Assembly (NCBI GenBank): GCA_038064675.1
Contig: JBBTSM010000006.1
Location: 7,776 to 71,775, forward strand
Reading direction: 5' to 3'
Source of the DNA: Patescibacteria group bacterium
GTDB lineage: Bacteria; Patescibacteriota; Patescibacteriia; UBA9934
DNA length: 64,000 bases
Below are positions 27,739-35,967 of the stretch, piece by piece. Position numbers and translations under genes: made by a program. Each line of letters opens with the position of its first letter. Positions within the stretch are counted from its first letter, which is position 1. Under the pieces are notes generated by a model. It did no database searches and had not been told where the DNA came from. It was given only the letters and a program-made list of their open reading frames with translations.

Positions 27739-28495
27739 CGAGAATTTGGGTAAAGATGGTAAAAGGAATGGATCCTTCTACTTTCTGACCATTAAAGAAA
27801 AAGGTTGGTGTACCGGTAACACCCGCAGCTGCGCCGTCGGAACTATCCGCCGTTACATCGTTCGCGTAATAATCGGAATCCAAGCAACGCGCAAATTGAT
27901 CGCTATCCAACCCAAGTGTGTCGGCGATTCCGCTTAACGTCTCCACACCGAGCGGTTCTTTGCTCGCGAACACTGCATCATGATACTCCCAAAACTTTCC
28001 CTGCTCTGCGGCGCAACCCCCAGCTTGCGCCGCAATGGTTGCACCGGAGTGAAGTTCCTCCAACGGATAATTTCGGAATACAACGCGAACATCGTCCGGA
28101 TATTGTTTTGCAATGGCACGAACAATAGGAGCGACTTCCTGGGAATAGGGGCAGCCAAAATCGGCGAACTCCACAACCGTGATCTTTGCGTTCTTATTTC
28201 CAAGTGATGGGTCGCTCGCTCCAAGAAGCGATGCGGAATCCGTATTCGTCGCCGCCTTCGCCGCGAATGCCGTTACCGCACGAGTAAAGTTTGTTGTGGT
28301 ATATGCCAACGCCGGGTTAATAGAGCCGTCTCGAATTCCACGGTAAAAAGAAAACACCCGCCACGAAAAACCCAAAACAAGGAAAAGCGCAACAACAAAT
28401 CCAAACATACCCAAAAGACGCGCCGGAGACCACCGGTGTTTCGCTGGTGGCGGCGTCTGTACGGGAAGCATGTTTATTTCCTCAGTCTCCTCCAT
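27719..28495 (-). CDS. DsbA-like thioredoxin-fold oxidoreductase (CPYS active site), N-terminal TM anchor
   Basis: ITVVEFADFGCPYSQEVAPIVRA thioredoxin motif. Its 3' end overlaps the Cys-rich protein gene start by 20 nt. Confidence 0.7.
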   Translation of the reverse strand: MEETEEINMLPVQTPPPAKHRWSPARLLGMFGFVVALFLVLGFSWRVFSFYRGIRDGSINPALAYTTTNFTRAVTAFAAKAATNTDSASLLGASDPSLGNKNAKITVVEFADFGCPYSQEVAPIVRAIAKQYPDDVRVVFRNYPLEELHSGATIAAQAGGCAAEQGKFWEYHDAVFASKEPLGVETLSGIADTLGLDSDQFARCLDSDYYANDVTADSSDGAAAGVTGTPTFFFNGQKVEGSIPFTIFTQILDAMRQT

Positions 28496-28570
28496 ATCTG
28501 CCCGGATTATACCATAATGCGATGCACTGATCTTTACGACACAACCCCAATTTGGTATGCTTTCCGCACT

Positions 28571-28786
28571 ATGATTCTCGATATTCTCCAGGCCGTTCTC
28601 GCTGTTCTTCTCTCAACAGCAATTCTCCTCCAAGCTCGTGGTGCGAGCGTTGGCTTGGCCTTTGGTGGCAGCGGAGACTTCTACCGAACCCGCCGCGGCA
28701 TTGAAAAGAAGCTTCACGTCGCAACCGTTGTTCTTGCGATACTCTTCTTTGGAACAGCACTGGCAAACAGCCTCTTCAACGTCTAG
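28571..28786 (+). CDS. secG: preprotein translocase subunit SecG
   Basis: 71 aa: MILDILQAVLAVLLSTAILLQARGASVGLAFGGSGDFYRTRRGIEKKLHVATVVLAILFFGTALANSLF. Two TM helices with a Gly-rich loop. Internal ATG of ORF 28436-28786. Confidence 0.65.
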   Translation: MILDILQAVLAVLLSTAILLQARGASVGLAFGGSGDFYRTRRGIEKKLHVATVVLAILFFGTALANSLFNV

Positions 28787-28865
28787 TTCCCCATTCCATA
28801 TTTCGTTTTCCTTTTCCTCTCTTCGTGCCCAGTGTTCTCGCTGGATCGCTTCGATCCGCTCTTTT

Positions 28866-30620
28866 GTGCAAAAGCGCCGATCCCCTTCGGCAAATACCGT
28901 CGCCGTTCGACAACTCGTTGGCCTTCGCGGCAGCCGGTTCCCTACGTGGAGGCAGTGGAAAGAGCTCCCACGATTTCTTTCAGAAAAAGAACGAAAACTC
29001 TGTATTGGAGCGCTCGTTCTTTGTGTGCTTTCTGGTGGGCTACTGGGAACACGTTTTTGGCTTTCAAACGAAACGCTCCTTCCCTCCGTCGGCGGCTCGT
29101 ACACGGAAGGCGCCCTTGGTTCGCCGCAATACATTAACCCGCTCTACGCCATTGGAAGCGACGTCGATAGCGACCTTACGCGCCTCATGTTCTCTGGTTT
29201 AATGCGGTTTGACGGAGACCACAGCCTTGTTCCAGACCTCGCAGAAAACTACACCATTTCCGGCGATCAAAAAACCTATACGTTCACCCTTCGCGACAAC
29301 GCACTCTGGCACGATGGGGAGCGTGTCACAAGCAATGACGTCCTTTTTACTGTTGATGCAATTCAAAATCCGGAATACCACAGCCCGCTTGCGGTAAGCT
29401 TCGGCGGATTGACTGTTGAGGCTCCAGACCAACGAACGGTTGTGTTTTCGCTGGACGAGCCTTTTGCGCCGTTCCTTGCCGCGCTCACCGTTGGCATTCT
29501 TCCTGCCCACCTTTGGGAAGAAGTCGCCCCGCAAAATGCTCCGCTTGCGCAGCTCAACATTAAACCCATTGGCAGCGGACCGTTCATGTTCTCAAAACTC
29601 GTCAAAGACAACAAAGGCTCACTTCGAAGCTACACCGTTGAACGAAACCCACACTTCTATCGTGGCACAGTCTATCTCAACGACATCACCTTGAAGTTCT
29701 ACAATAGCCTCCAGGAACTTACCGACGCCGTCCGAAACAAAAACGTTGAAGGCGCATCTGTTCTTGCGGCACAAGACGCACAAAGCCTTTCGCGCGACGG
29801 CGTCATCGCACTTGGCTCGCCACGGCTTTCGCAATTTACTGCAGCGTTCTTTAATCAGAAACAATCCGGAGTACTCGCCGACGATAACGTTCGCCAAGCC
29901 CTCGTCCTGGCAACCGACCGCACCCTCGTTGCCCAAACATCCACAGAATCCTACGCAACGCCACTCGTCTCCCCTATTCTTCCGGGCATGCCAGGATACG
30001 ACGCCGCAACGCAAATTCCCGCTGCCGACATTGAAGGCGCAAAAGGCCTTCTGGAGAGCAAGGGTTGGACCATGGCAAACGGTGCAACGATACGCACAAA
30101 ATCCGGAACTGAACTCGCGCTCATCATCACCACCCTTGATTCGCCCGATCTTATTGCCGCGGCAAACGAGCTTCAGCGCGAATGGGTCGCAATCGGCGCG
30201 AACGTCAGTATTTCCGTCGTTGATCAAGGAACACTTCAAAACGACGTGATCAAGAACCACAATTTCGATGTTCTGCTTGCTGGCGAACGATACGGTGCGT
30301 ATCCAGACCTTTATCCGTTCTGGCATTCGTCGCAAAGCGCATACCCGGGATTAAACCTGAGCGGATTTGCGAATCGCAAGGTTGATACCGCAATCGAAAC
30401 CGCACGAACCAGTGCGGATCCTACAAAAGCCGTGGAAGCCGGGCAGCTCCTCATGAGTACTTTCGCAGAAGAACAACCAGCGCTCATGCTCTATCAGCCC
30501 CAGTATCTCTACGCCCTCAGTCCAAAGCTCTACGGCACCACGGTGGCAAACGTCACCACCCCGTCCGACCGCTTCGCAAATGTGGAAGGATGGTACCGCA
30601 AGACAAAAGTGAGCTTTTGA
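28866..30620 (+). CDS. ABC-transporter substrate-binding protein, family 5 (oligopeptide/dipeptide-binding, OppA/DppA-like) with N-terminal TM anchor; start codon uncertain (GTG at 28866 proposed)
   Basis: SBP_bac_5 architecture (PLYAIGSDVDSDLTRLMFSGLMRFDGDHSLVPDLAENYTISGDQKTYTFTLRDNALWHDGERVTSNDV...). No in-frame ATG lies after the secG stop and before the TM helix, so a non-ATG start is implied. Confidence 0.7.
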   Translation: MQKRRSPSANTVAVRQLVGLRGSRFPTWRQWKELPRFLSEKERKLCIGALVLCVLSGGLLGTRFWLSNETLLPSVGGSYTEGALGSPQYINPLYAIGSDVDSDLTRLMFSGLMRFDGDHSLVPDLAENYTISGDQKTYTFTLRDNALWHDGERVTSNDVLFTVDAIQNPEYHSPLAVSFGGLTVEAPDQRTVVFSLDEPFAPFLAALTVGILPAHLWEEVAPQNAPLAQLNIKPIGSGPFMFSKLVKDNKGSLRSYTVERNPHFYRGTVYLNDITLKFYNSLQELTDAVRNKNVEGASVLAAQDAQSLSRDGVIALGSPRLSQFTAAFFNQKQSGVLADDNVRQALVLATDRTLVAQTSTESYATPLVSPILPGMPGYDAATQIPAADIEGAKGLLESKGWTMANGATIRTKSGTELALIITTLDSPDLIAAANELQREWVAIGANVSISVVDQGTLQNDVIKNHNFDVLLAGERYGAYPDLYPFWHSSQSAYPGLNLSGFANRKVDTAIETARTSADPTKAVEAGQLLMSTFAEEQPALMLYQPQYLYALSPKLYGTTVANVTTPSDRFANVEGWYRKTKVSF

Positions 30621-30643
30621 GCTACCATGCCGACGGCGAGCTC

Positions 30644-30730
30644 GCGAATGTGGCGGAATTGGTATACGCGTAGGTCTCAGAAGCCTATGCCCTTACAGGC
30701 TTGAGGGTTCGAGTCCCTCCATTCGCACCA
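30644..30730 (+). tRNA. tRNA-Leu (anticodon CAG), long variable arm, CCA encoded
   Basis: Acceptor GCGAAUG/CAUUCGC, anticodon stem UAGGU/GCCUA with loop CUCAGAA, long variable arm, T-arm GAGGG-UUCGAGU-CCCUC. Confidence 0.8.
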
Positions 30731-30821
30731 TGAACACAGCGTCTTTTCGGACGTTGTTTTCATTTGGTGTCCCCATGCCCACGTTGCCCATTGCCCATTT
30801 TGCCCCGTATACTCGTTCCAT

Positions 30822-31802
30822 ATGCGAGCACTTACCGGAATTCAGCCTACCAATACCCTGCACATCGGCAACCTCTTTGGCGCGCTTTTGCCTGCCGTAG
30901 AAATGCAAAAGACGTACGATCTGACGATGATGATCGTGGACTTACACGCCATCACCGTTCCGCAAGACCCTGTTCAGCTTCGAAAGAATATTCTCTTTCT
31001 TGCGGCAGCCTATCTTGCAGCCGGGATCGATCCAGAAAAAACCGTTCTCTTCCAACAGTCGCAAGTTCCCGCCCACGCCGAGCTTGGATGGTTGTTGCAA
31101 ACCGTTGGCCGCATGAGCGAACTTGAACGAATGACACAATACAAAGACAAAGCAACGACTAAGAAAGAAAATGTTTCCGTTGGTCTCTTCACCTATCCGG
31201 TGCTCATGGCTGCAGATATCCTGCTCCACGATATCGACGTTGTGCCGGTTGGCGAAGATCAAAAACAGCACATGGAACTCGCTCGCGACCTTGCAGAGCG
31301 GTTCAATCGCGATTTTGGCGAAACATTCGTTGTGCCAAAACCGATTATTCAATCGGAAGGCGCACGAATTCTCGGGCTCGATAATCCAGATAAAAAGATG
31401 AGCAAAAGCGCGGCAAGTACGAAGAACTACATCTCGATCACCGATGATGCCGACACAATAGCGAAAAAGATTCGCTCAGCCGTCACCGATTCCCTACCAG
31501 GTATCACGGTGGATGATTCACGGCCGGGCCTCAAGAACCTCCTCACGATTCACTCGCTCGCAACAGGCCGATCGATAATAGACATCGCCGCGGAGTTCGA
31601 CAGCCAGGGAAACAAAGCGTTCAAAGATGCGACTGCAGCAGCACTCATCGACTTCCTGTCGCCAATTCAACAGAAGATGACCGAACTTCTCGTAGATGAA
31701 TTTGCTTTAATCGCGATCTTGGCCGAGGGAGCGGAAAAAGCAGCGGCCCAGGCAAACACCAAAGTCCAGCTCGCAAAAGCACACATGGGCTTAGTGTTAT
31801 AA
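30822..31802 (+). CDS. trpS: tryptophan--tRNA ligase
   Basis: 326 aa. TGIQPTNTLHIGNLFGAL (HIGH-type motif), KMSKS (DKKMSKSAAS) and a typical TrpRS N-terminus. Confidence 0.9.
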   Translation: MRALTGIQPTNTLHIGNLFGALLPAVEMQKTYDLTMMIVDLHAITVPQDPVQLRKNILFLAAAYLAAGIDPEKTVLFQQSQVPAHAELGWLLQTVGRMSELERMTQYKDKATTKKENVSVGLFTYPVLMAADILLHDIDVVPVGEDQKQHMELARDLAERFNRDFGETFVVPKPIIQSEGARILGLDNPDKKMSKSAASTKNYISITDDADTIAKKIRSAVTDSLPGITVDDSRPGLKNLLTIHSLATGRSIIDIAAEFDSQGNKAFKDATAAALIDFLSPIQQKMTELLVDEFALIAILAEGAEKAAAQANTKVQLAKAHMGLVL

Positions 31803-31847
31803 ACAGAACGCTTGGCTGATATTAGCCAAATAAAGCGCCTTTTTGCA

Positions 31848-31876
31848 TTGACAAAGGGGCGTTTTTCTGCTATAAT
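31848..31876 (+). promoter_or_regulatory. consensus sigma70-type promoter (TTGACA-N17-TATAAT)
   Basis: ttgaca at 31848-31853, a 17-nt spacer, tataat at 31871-31876. It is followed by SD aaaggag (31910-31916) and ATG at 31922. It overlaps the hairpin plus T-run downstream of trpS. Confidence 0.6.
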
Positions 31877-31921
31877 ATTTTTGGTACTTCGATGGGCCTC
31901 ACTCCCCGAAAGGAGAAATTC

Positions 31922-32104
31922 ATGTTCAAAAAGCCGCTTTTTGTTTTGGCTGTCATGACGCCCTACCTCCTGTTCGCCCTGCGACGCCCCTGGCTCAGGC
32001 TCCTCGAGGCCTCTACAGAGAACCTCGAGATCCTCGGGCATCAGCTTCTCGTCGCCGTGGGAGTTGGATTCTTCCTTCTCCCACTCGGTCATCAACGGGC
32101 GTGA
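31922..32104 (+). CDS. small membrane protein, hypothetical (high-GC islet)
   Basis: 60 aa: MFKKPLFVLAVMTPYLLFALRRPW... Preceded by a good SD. The ORF track opens at 31892, but the SD favours the second ATG. Confidence 0.4.
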   Translation: MFKKPLFVLAVMTPYLLFALRRPWLRLLEASTENLEILGHQLLVAVGVGFFLLPLGHQRA

Positions 32105-32230
32105 GACCTTCGAATCTACGACGCAGACCGATGTTCCCCCCGCGGAGCATCGGTCGGCACCAGAAGGCGCAACACACGTTGTTTCATCTGGAGCCCTTCT
32201 CAACTTCCCATCCTCGTTCCGGAGTTCCCC

Positions 32231-32785
32231 GTGCTGAAATCCCTTCGCAATGCCCTCTCGTGGTTCCTCGGCCTTCCGGTCATCAGCTGGATCTACGGCT
32301 GGATGGTGTGGTGGACCCTCCTGCCTATCCGAGTCCTCCAGCTCGGGTGGCAACACAAGAAGGTCGCCATCGTGATCGTCATCCTGATGATCATGAGCGT
32401 CTTCCTCCACGACCACAACAACACCCCCAACTTCCACGGCATCGGCCCTATCCGGTTCGTCCTGGTCGGGCTGATGAACTTCTTCTACGGAATCCTCGAC
32501 AGCGTGATGCACTTCGGTGCAGACGTCGTCTCGATCCCGTTCCAGAAGATGGACGGGTGCCCGCCGGACAAGTTCCTGGTCGGTTTCCTGATCGGCTGCG
32601 TCGTCCACCTGTATTTCTGGGCCATCCCCGAGAGCCTGGTGTACTGGATCGCCAACCACGTCATCTCCCCGGAGCTCCTCTGGGGAATCATCGTGGGCGG
32701 CGTGGTGTACAAGCAAATCCTCCCCGGAGGCAGGGGCGGTAGCAGCCATGCACCGACACCCAAGGCAGCGCCGGCGCATGGCTAG
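32231..32785 (+). CDS. polytopic membrane protein, hypothetical (high-GC islet, GTG start)
   Basis: 184 aa with 4-5 TM helices, very high GC3 (about 62 % GC against about 51 % around it), and a Pro/Gly/Ala-rich tail. Confidence 0.5.
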   Translation: MLKSLRNALSWFLGLPVISWIYGWMVWWTLLPIRVLQLGWQHKKVAIVIVILMIMSVFLHDHNNTPNFHGIGPIRFVLVGLMNFFYGILDSVMHFGADVVSIPFQKMDGCPPDKFLVGFLIGCVVHLYFWAIPESLVYWIANHVISPELLWGIIVGGVVYKQILPGGRGGSSHAPTPKAAPAHG

Positions 32786-32814
32786 TTCGACAACGTTCCG
32801 GTGCGGGTGACAAC

Positions 32815-32894
32815 GGGTCGAGGCGACGAAAACGCCTCGACCGACCCCCAGAACATTCGAGATTCTCGAGTGTCCTGGGGGTTTTCAGTTTCAG
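32815..32894 (+). terminator. tandem hairpins plus T-run closing the high-GC islet
   Basis: gggtcgaggcg-acgaaaa-cgcctcgacc perfect hairpin, then cccccag...(ttcgagattctcgag)...ctggggg followed by ttttcagtttcag. Confidence 0.5.
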
Positions 32895-32956
32895 GTTTCC
32901 TTATTTGATCTCTTTCATTTACTTTCCCCCATTTTTCTGCTATTCTTGCCTTCCGC

Positions 32957-33377
32957 TGGGGATATAAGGCGGTCGCTCGGCATGGCTCCACTGGGGCTGT
33001 GCAGAGAGGAAAGTCCGAACACCCGTTTGCGAGCAATCGCAAGCGAAACAGTGTGTCGTTAACGACGACCCGGCATACGGCATGACGATTCAGAACCGGC
33101 GCACCATCGCCCTGAAACACGATGCTTAAACCGAGGGAAAGTACCACAGAGACCATACAAGTCGGGCTTCGGCCTGATCAAAAGTGAAAAGTGCGGTGGT
33201 GTGTGCTGTTGTAAGACACATGCTTCATCGCTCACGTCATGGCAACATGAACGTGTGGCAAACCCACGCTGGTGCAAGAGCAAGATTGGTCGCTCGCACA
33301 GAGAGATGATCGTCCCGGCAACCATTTCCGTGGTGGGAAATGTGCGCTATGACAAAATTCGGCTTACCAGTATCCCC
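32957..33377 (+). ncRNA. rnpB: RNase P RNA (bacterial type)
   Basis: No long ORF here. Conserved P4 5' strand AGGAAAGUCCGAACAC (33005-33020) and 3' ACAAAAUUCGGCUUAC (33351-33366). Compare E. coli GGAAAGUCCGGGCUCC / ACAGAACCCGGCUUAU. A putative P1 pairs ggggata (32958) with tatcccc (33371). Confidence 0.7.
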
Positions 33378-33415
33378 CAACGGAAAGCACCATCGAACAT
33401 CACGGCCAGACGGTC

Positions 33416-34849
33416 GTGATTTTCGTTTTTGGTGTAAACTACTGCCATATGAAGCGAGCAGATTTAGCATTTGCGTCACTCCTCATTCCGCTCGATTATC
33501 TTGCGCTCGTCTCCGCAGCAATGGCGGCATACTCCCTGCGTTTTACTTCGCTCTTCACATCTATCAAACCGGTGCTCTTTGCACTATCGTTCGAACAATA
33601 CGTCGCTGTCATTCTTCCAATGGCACTCATCACCATGGCAATCTTCGCCGTGTCGGGCTTGTACGTTATTCATCCCCGCCGCATTGCGTCGGAAATGACC
33701 CGCGTCGTTACCGGCGTTTCCACAAGTATCGCGCTCATCCTTGCCGTCGCGTTCTTCTCCCGCGCACTCTTCGAGAGCCGATTCATCGTGCTCGCCGCAT
33801 GGGTCCTTGCGATTGTTTTTGTCCTCACAATTCGCGTTCTCCTTCGGATGCTCCAGCGATCGCTCCGAAAATTCAATATCGGCGTACATTCCGTGGTAAT
33901 CATCGGAAAAACGAAGAGTGGCAACGAATTGAAGCGCTTCTTTGAAACGCACCCGAGTGTTGGATACCACGTCGTTTCCCATATTGCGCAGTTCACCACT
34001 GAAAGCCGTGAACGGCTCCTGGAGCTCAGGAAAAACGACGAACTCGATGCTGTCGTGCTTGCGGATCCCGATGCATCGCGTGTTGACGTGACCGCGATCA
34101 AAGTCTTCACCGACATTGAGCATTGCACCTTCCTGTACAGCGCAGATCTCTTTGCTGGCAGCACACTTCGGCCAATCATGCACACGTTCGCCGAGCAACC
34201 GGTTATCGAAGTGCCAAAAACACCATTGGACGGCTGGGGCGCAATCTATAAGCGCATTTTCGATATCGTCGCTTCGACCATTCTCATTATTATCACACTC
34301 CCCCTCCAGATTCTTATCGCGCTCGCTATCGTCATTGAGAATCCAGGATCGTTTTTCTTCTCCCGTCCTCGCGTTGGCCAAAGCGGAAAGGAATTCTCAT
34401 TCTTAAAGTTCAGATCGATGGTGCAAGGTGCTCATGCGCTCCGATCTGATCCAAAATTTCTCAAAACGTACGGCAACGAACGTGAAGGCACCCCCCTCTT
34501 TAAACTGCAAAACGACCCTCGTGTCACCCGCGTTGGCAGGTTTATTCGCAACTGGAGTTTGGATGAAATTCCGCAGTTTTATTCCGTGCTTATGGGCAGC
34601 ATGAGCCTTGTGGGGCCTCGTCCACACCTTCCAGAAGAGGTTGCGATGTATAAGCCACACCAGCGAAAGGTCCTCACCATCAAACCAGGCATTACGGGCA
34701 TGGCCCAAGTGAGCGGACGGGCATCGCTTGACTTCGATGACGAAGTCCGACTAGATATGTACTATATTGAGAACTGGAGCCCCTGGTTAGACCTGGTTAT
34801 TGTGATAAAAACTCCACTGGCAGTCCTTTTCCGAAGCGGCGCCTATTAA
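33416..34849 (+). CDS. undecaprenyl-phosphate sugar phosphotransferase (WbaP/EpsL-type bacterial sugar transferase), priming glycosyltransferase
   Basis: 477 aa: N-terminal TM block, a central cytoplasmic domain and the C-terminal bacterial sugar-transferase domain (IYKRIFDIVASTILIIITLPLQILIALAIVIENPGSFFFSRPRVG...KFRSM...LDEIPQFYSVLMGSMSLVGPRP). Confidence 0.85.
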   Translation: MIFVFGVNYCHMKRADLAFASLLIPLDYLALVSAAMAAYSLRFTSLFTSIKPVLFALSFEQYVAVILPMALITMAIFAVSGLYVIHPRRIASEMTRVVTGVSTSIALILAVAFFSRALFESRFIVLAAWVLAIVFVLTIRVLLRMLQRSLRKFNIGVHSVVIIGKTKSGNELKRFFETHPSVGYHVVSHIAQFTTESRERLLELRKNDELDAVVLADPDASRVDVTAIKVFTDIEHCTFLYSADLFAGSTLRPIMHTFAEQPVIEVPKTPLDGWGAIYKRIFDIVASTILIIITLPLQILIALAIVIENPGSFFFSRPRVGQSGKEFSFLKFRSMVQGAHALRSDPKFLKTYGNEREGTPLFKLQNDPRVTRVGRFIRNWSLDEIPQFYSVLMGSMSLVGPRPHLPEEVAMYKPHQRKVLTIKPGITGMAQVSGRASLDFDDEVRLDMYYIENWSPWLDLVIVIKTPLAVLFRSGAY

Positions 34850-34863
34850 CCTCTTGAACGCGT

Positions 34864-35961
34864 ATGCGGGTTGCTCTTGTCCACGATCATCTGACGCAAC
34901 TTGGTGGAGCAGAACGCGTGCTTGAAGTGCTGCAAAGCCTTTGGCCGCTTGCACCAACATACACCCTCCTCTACGACGCATCCGCCATGGATCCCGTCTT
35001 TGGTCACAAAGATATTCGCGCATCGTTCCTCCAAAAAATCCCAGGCGCGATTCGACGCATGCGCTGGCTGCTCCCTCTCATGCCAGTTGCCACTGAGCAC
35101 TATCCATTGAACGAGTATGACGTTGTGGTCTCAAGCGCAAGCAGCTTCGCGAAAGGCGTGGTAACGAGTGCGAATGCAGTGCATGTCTGCTACTGCCACA
35201 CCCCAACACGATATTTGTGGAGCGACGCGGCGAGTTATGTGGACGAACTTCATGCGCCAGGATTCGTGAAAGCGTTTCTTCCCATTCTCCAAAGCGTTCT
35301 TCGAAGCTGGGACCGTCTTGCAGCGGATCGCGTGGATCTTTTTGTTGCAAATTCCGAAACCGTTCGTCAGCGCATTAAAAAGTACTACGGCAAAGACAGC
35401 ATTGTTATTCACCCGCCAGTAAACACGGAAGAATTTTCCATCAGCACTGCGCCAAAAACTGCATTCCTTATTGGCGGTCGGCTGGTATCGTACAAGCGAT
35501 ACGATCTCGTGATCGAAGCGTTCAACCGCCTTGGCATTCCGCTTATCGTCTTTGGCAATGGCCCGGAAGAAGCAAAACTCCGCGCCATGGCAAATGACAA
35601 CATCAGCTTCGTTGGGCGTGTAACCGACGACGAGCGTGCTCGGCTTTTTTCCAACGCCATTGCATTCATTCATCCTCATGAAGAAGACTTTGGGATAACC
35701 GCCGTAGAATCCATGGCCGCGGGCCGTCCAGTCATCGCCTTCAAAAAAGGCGGCGCAACCGAAACCGTTGTCGAAGGCGTCACCGGAACATTCTTCGAAG
35801 AACAGAGCTGGGAGACACTTGCAGATACGATTTTGCATTTTGATGAAAAGAGGTTCAATCCAAGTACAATCAAGGCCTACGCAGAACAATTCTCGCTCGC
35901 GAATTTCCGCAAGGCGATGCACGACGTAGTAACGAAGGCCTGGGAATCCAAGAATGCATAA
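34864..35961 (+). CDS. GT4-family (GT-B) glycosyltransferase
   Basis: N-terminal MRVALVHDHLTQLGGAERV. C-terminal EEDFGITAVESMAAGRPVIAFKKGG matches the E-x7-E GT4 motif. Confidence 0.8.
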   Translation: MRVALVHDHLTQLGGAERVLEVLQSLWPLAPTYTLLYDASAMDPVFGHKDIRASFLQKIPGAIRRMRWLLPLMPVATEHYPLNEYDVVVSSASSFAKGVVTSANAVHVCYCHTPTRYLWSDAASYVDELHAPGFVKAFLPILQSVLRSWDRLAADRVDLFVANSETVRQRIKKYYGKDSIVIHPPVNTEEFSISTAPKTAFLIGGRLVSYKRYDLVIEAFNRLGIPLIVFGNGPEEAKLRAMANDNISFVGRVTDDERARLFSNAIAFIHPHEEDFGITAVESMAAGRPVIAFKKGGATETVVEGVTGTFFEEQSWETLADTILHFDEKRFNPSTIKAYAEQFSLANFRKAMHDVVTKAWESKNA

Positions 35962-35967
35962 TCGATC

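Noticed and set aside
31667-32779. 370-aa minus-strand ORF across the high-GC islet
   Set aside because: It is antisense to two membrane-protein genes that have a consensus promoter, an SD and a terminator. Its composition is Arg/Asp/Gly/Pro-rich, typical of spurious ORFs in high-GC DNA.
33584-34381. 265-aa minus-strand ORF, with similar antisense ORFs at 35131-35922, 29619-30335, 47938-48993, 52552-53211 and 16498-16947
   Set aside because: All are antisense to strongly supported genes (WbaP-like, GT4, SBP, FemAB/ruvA, ileS, valS) and lack motifs.
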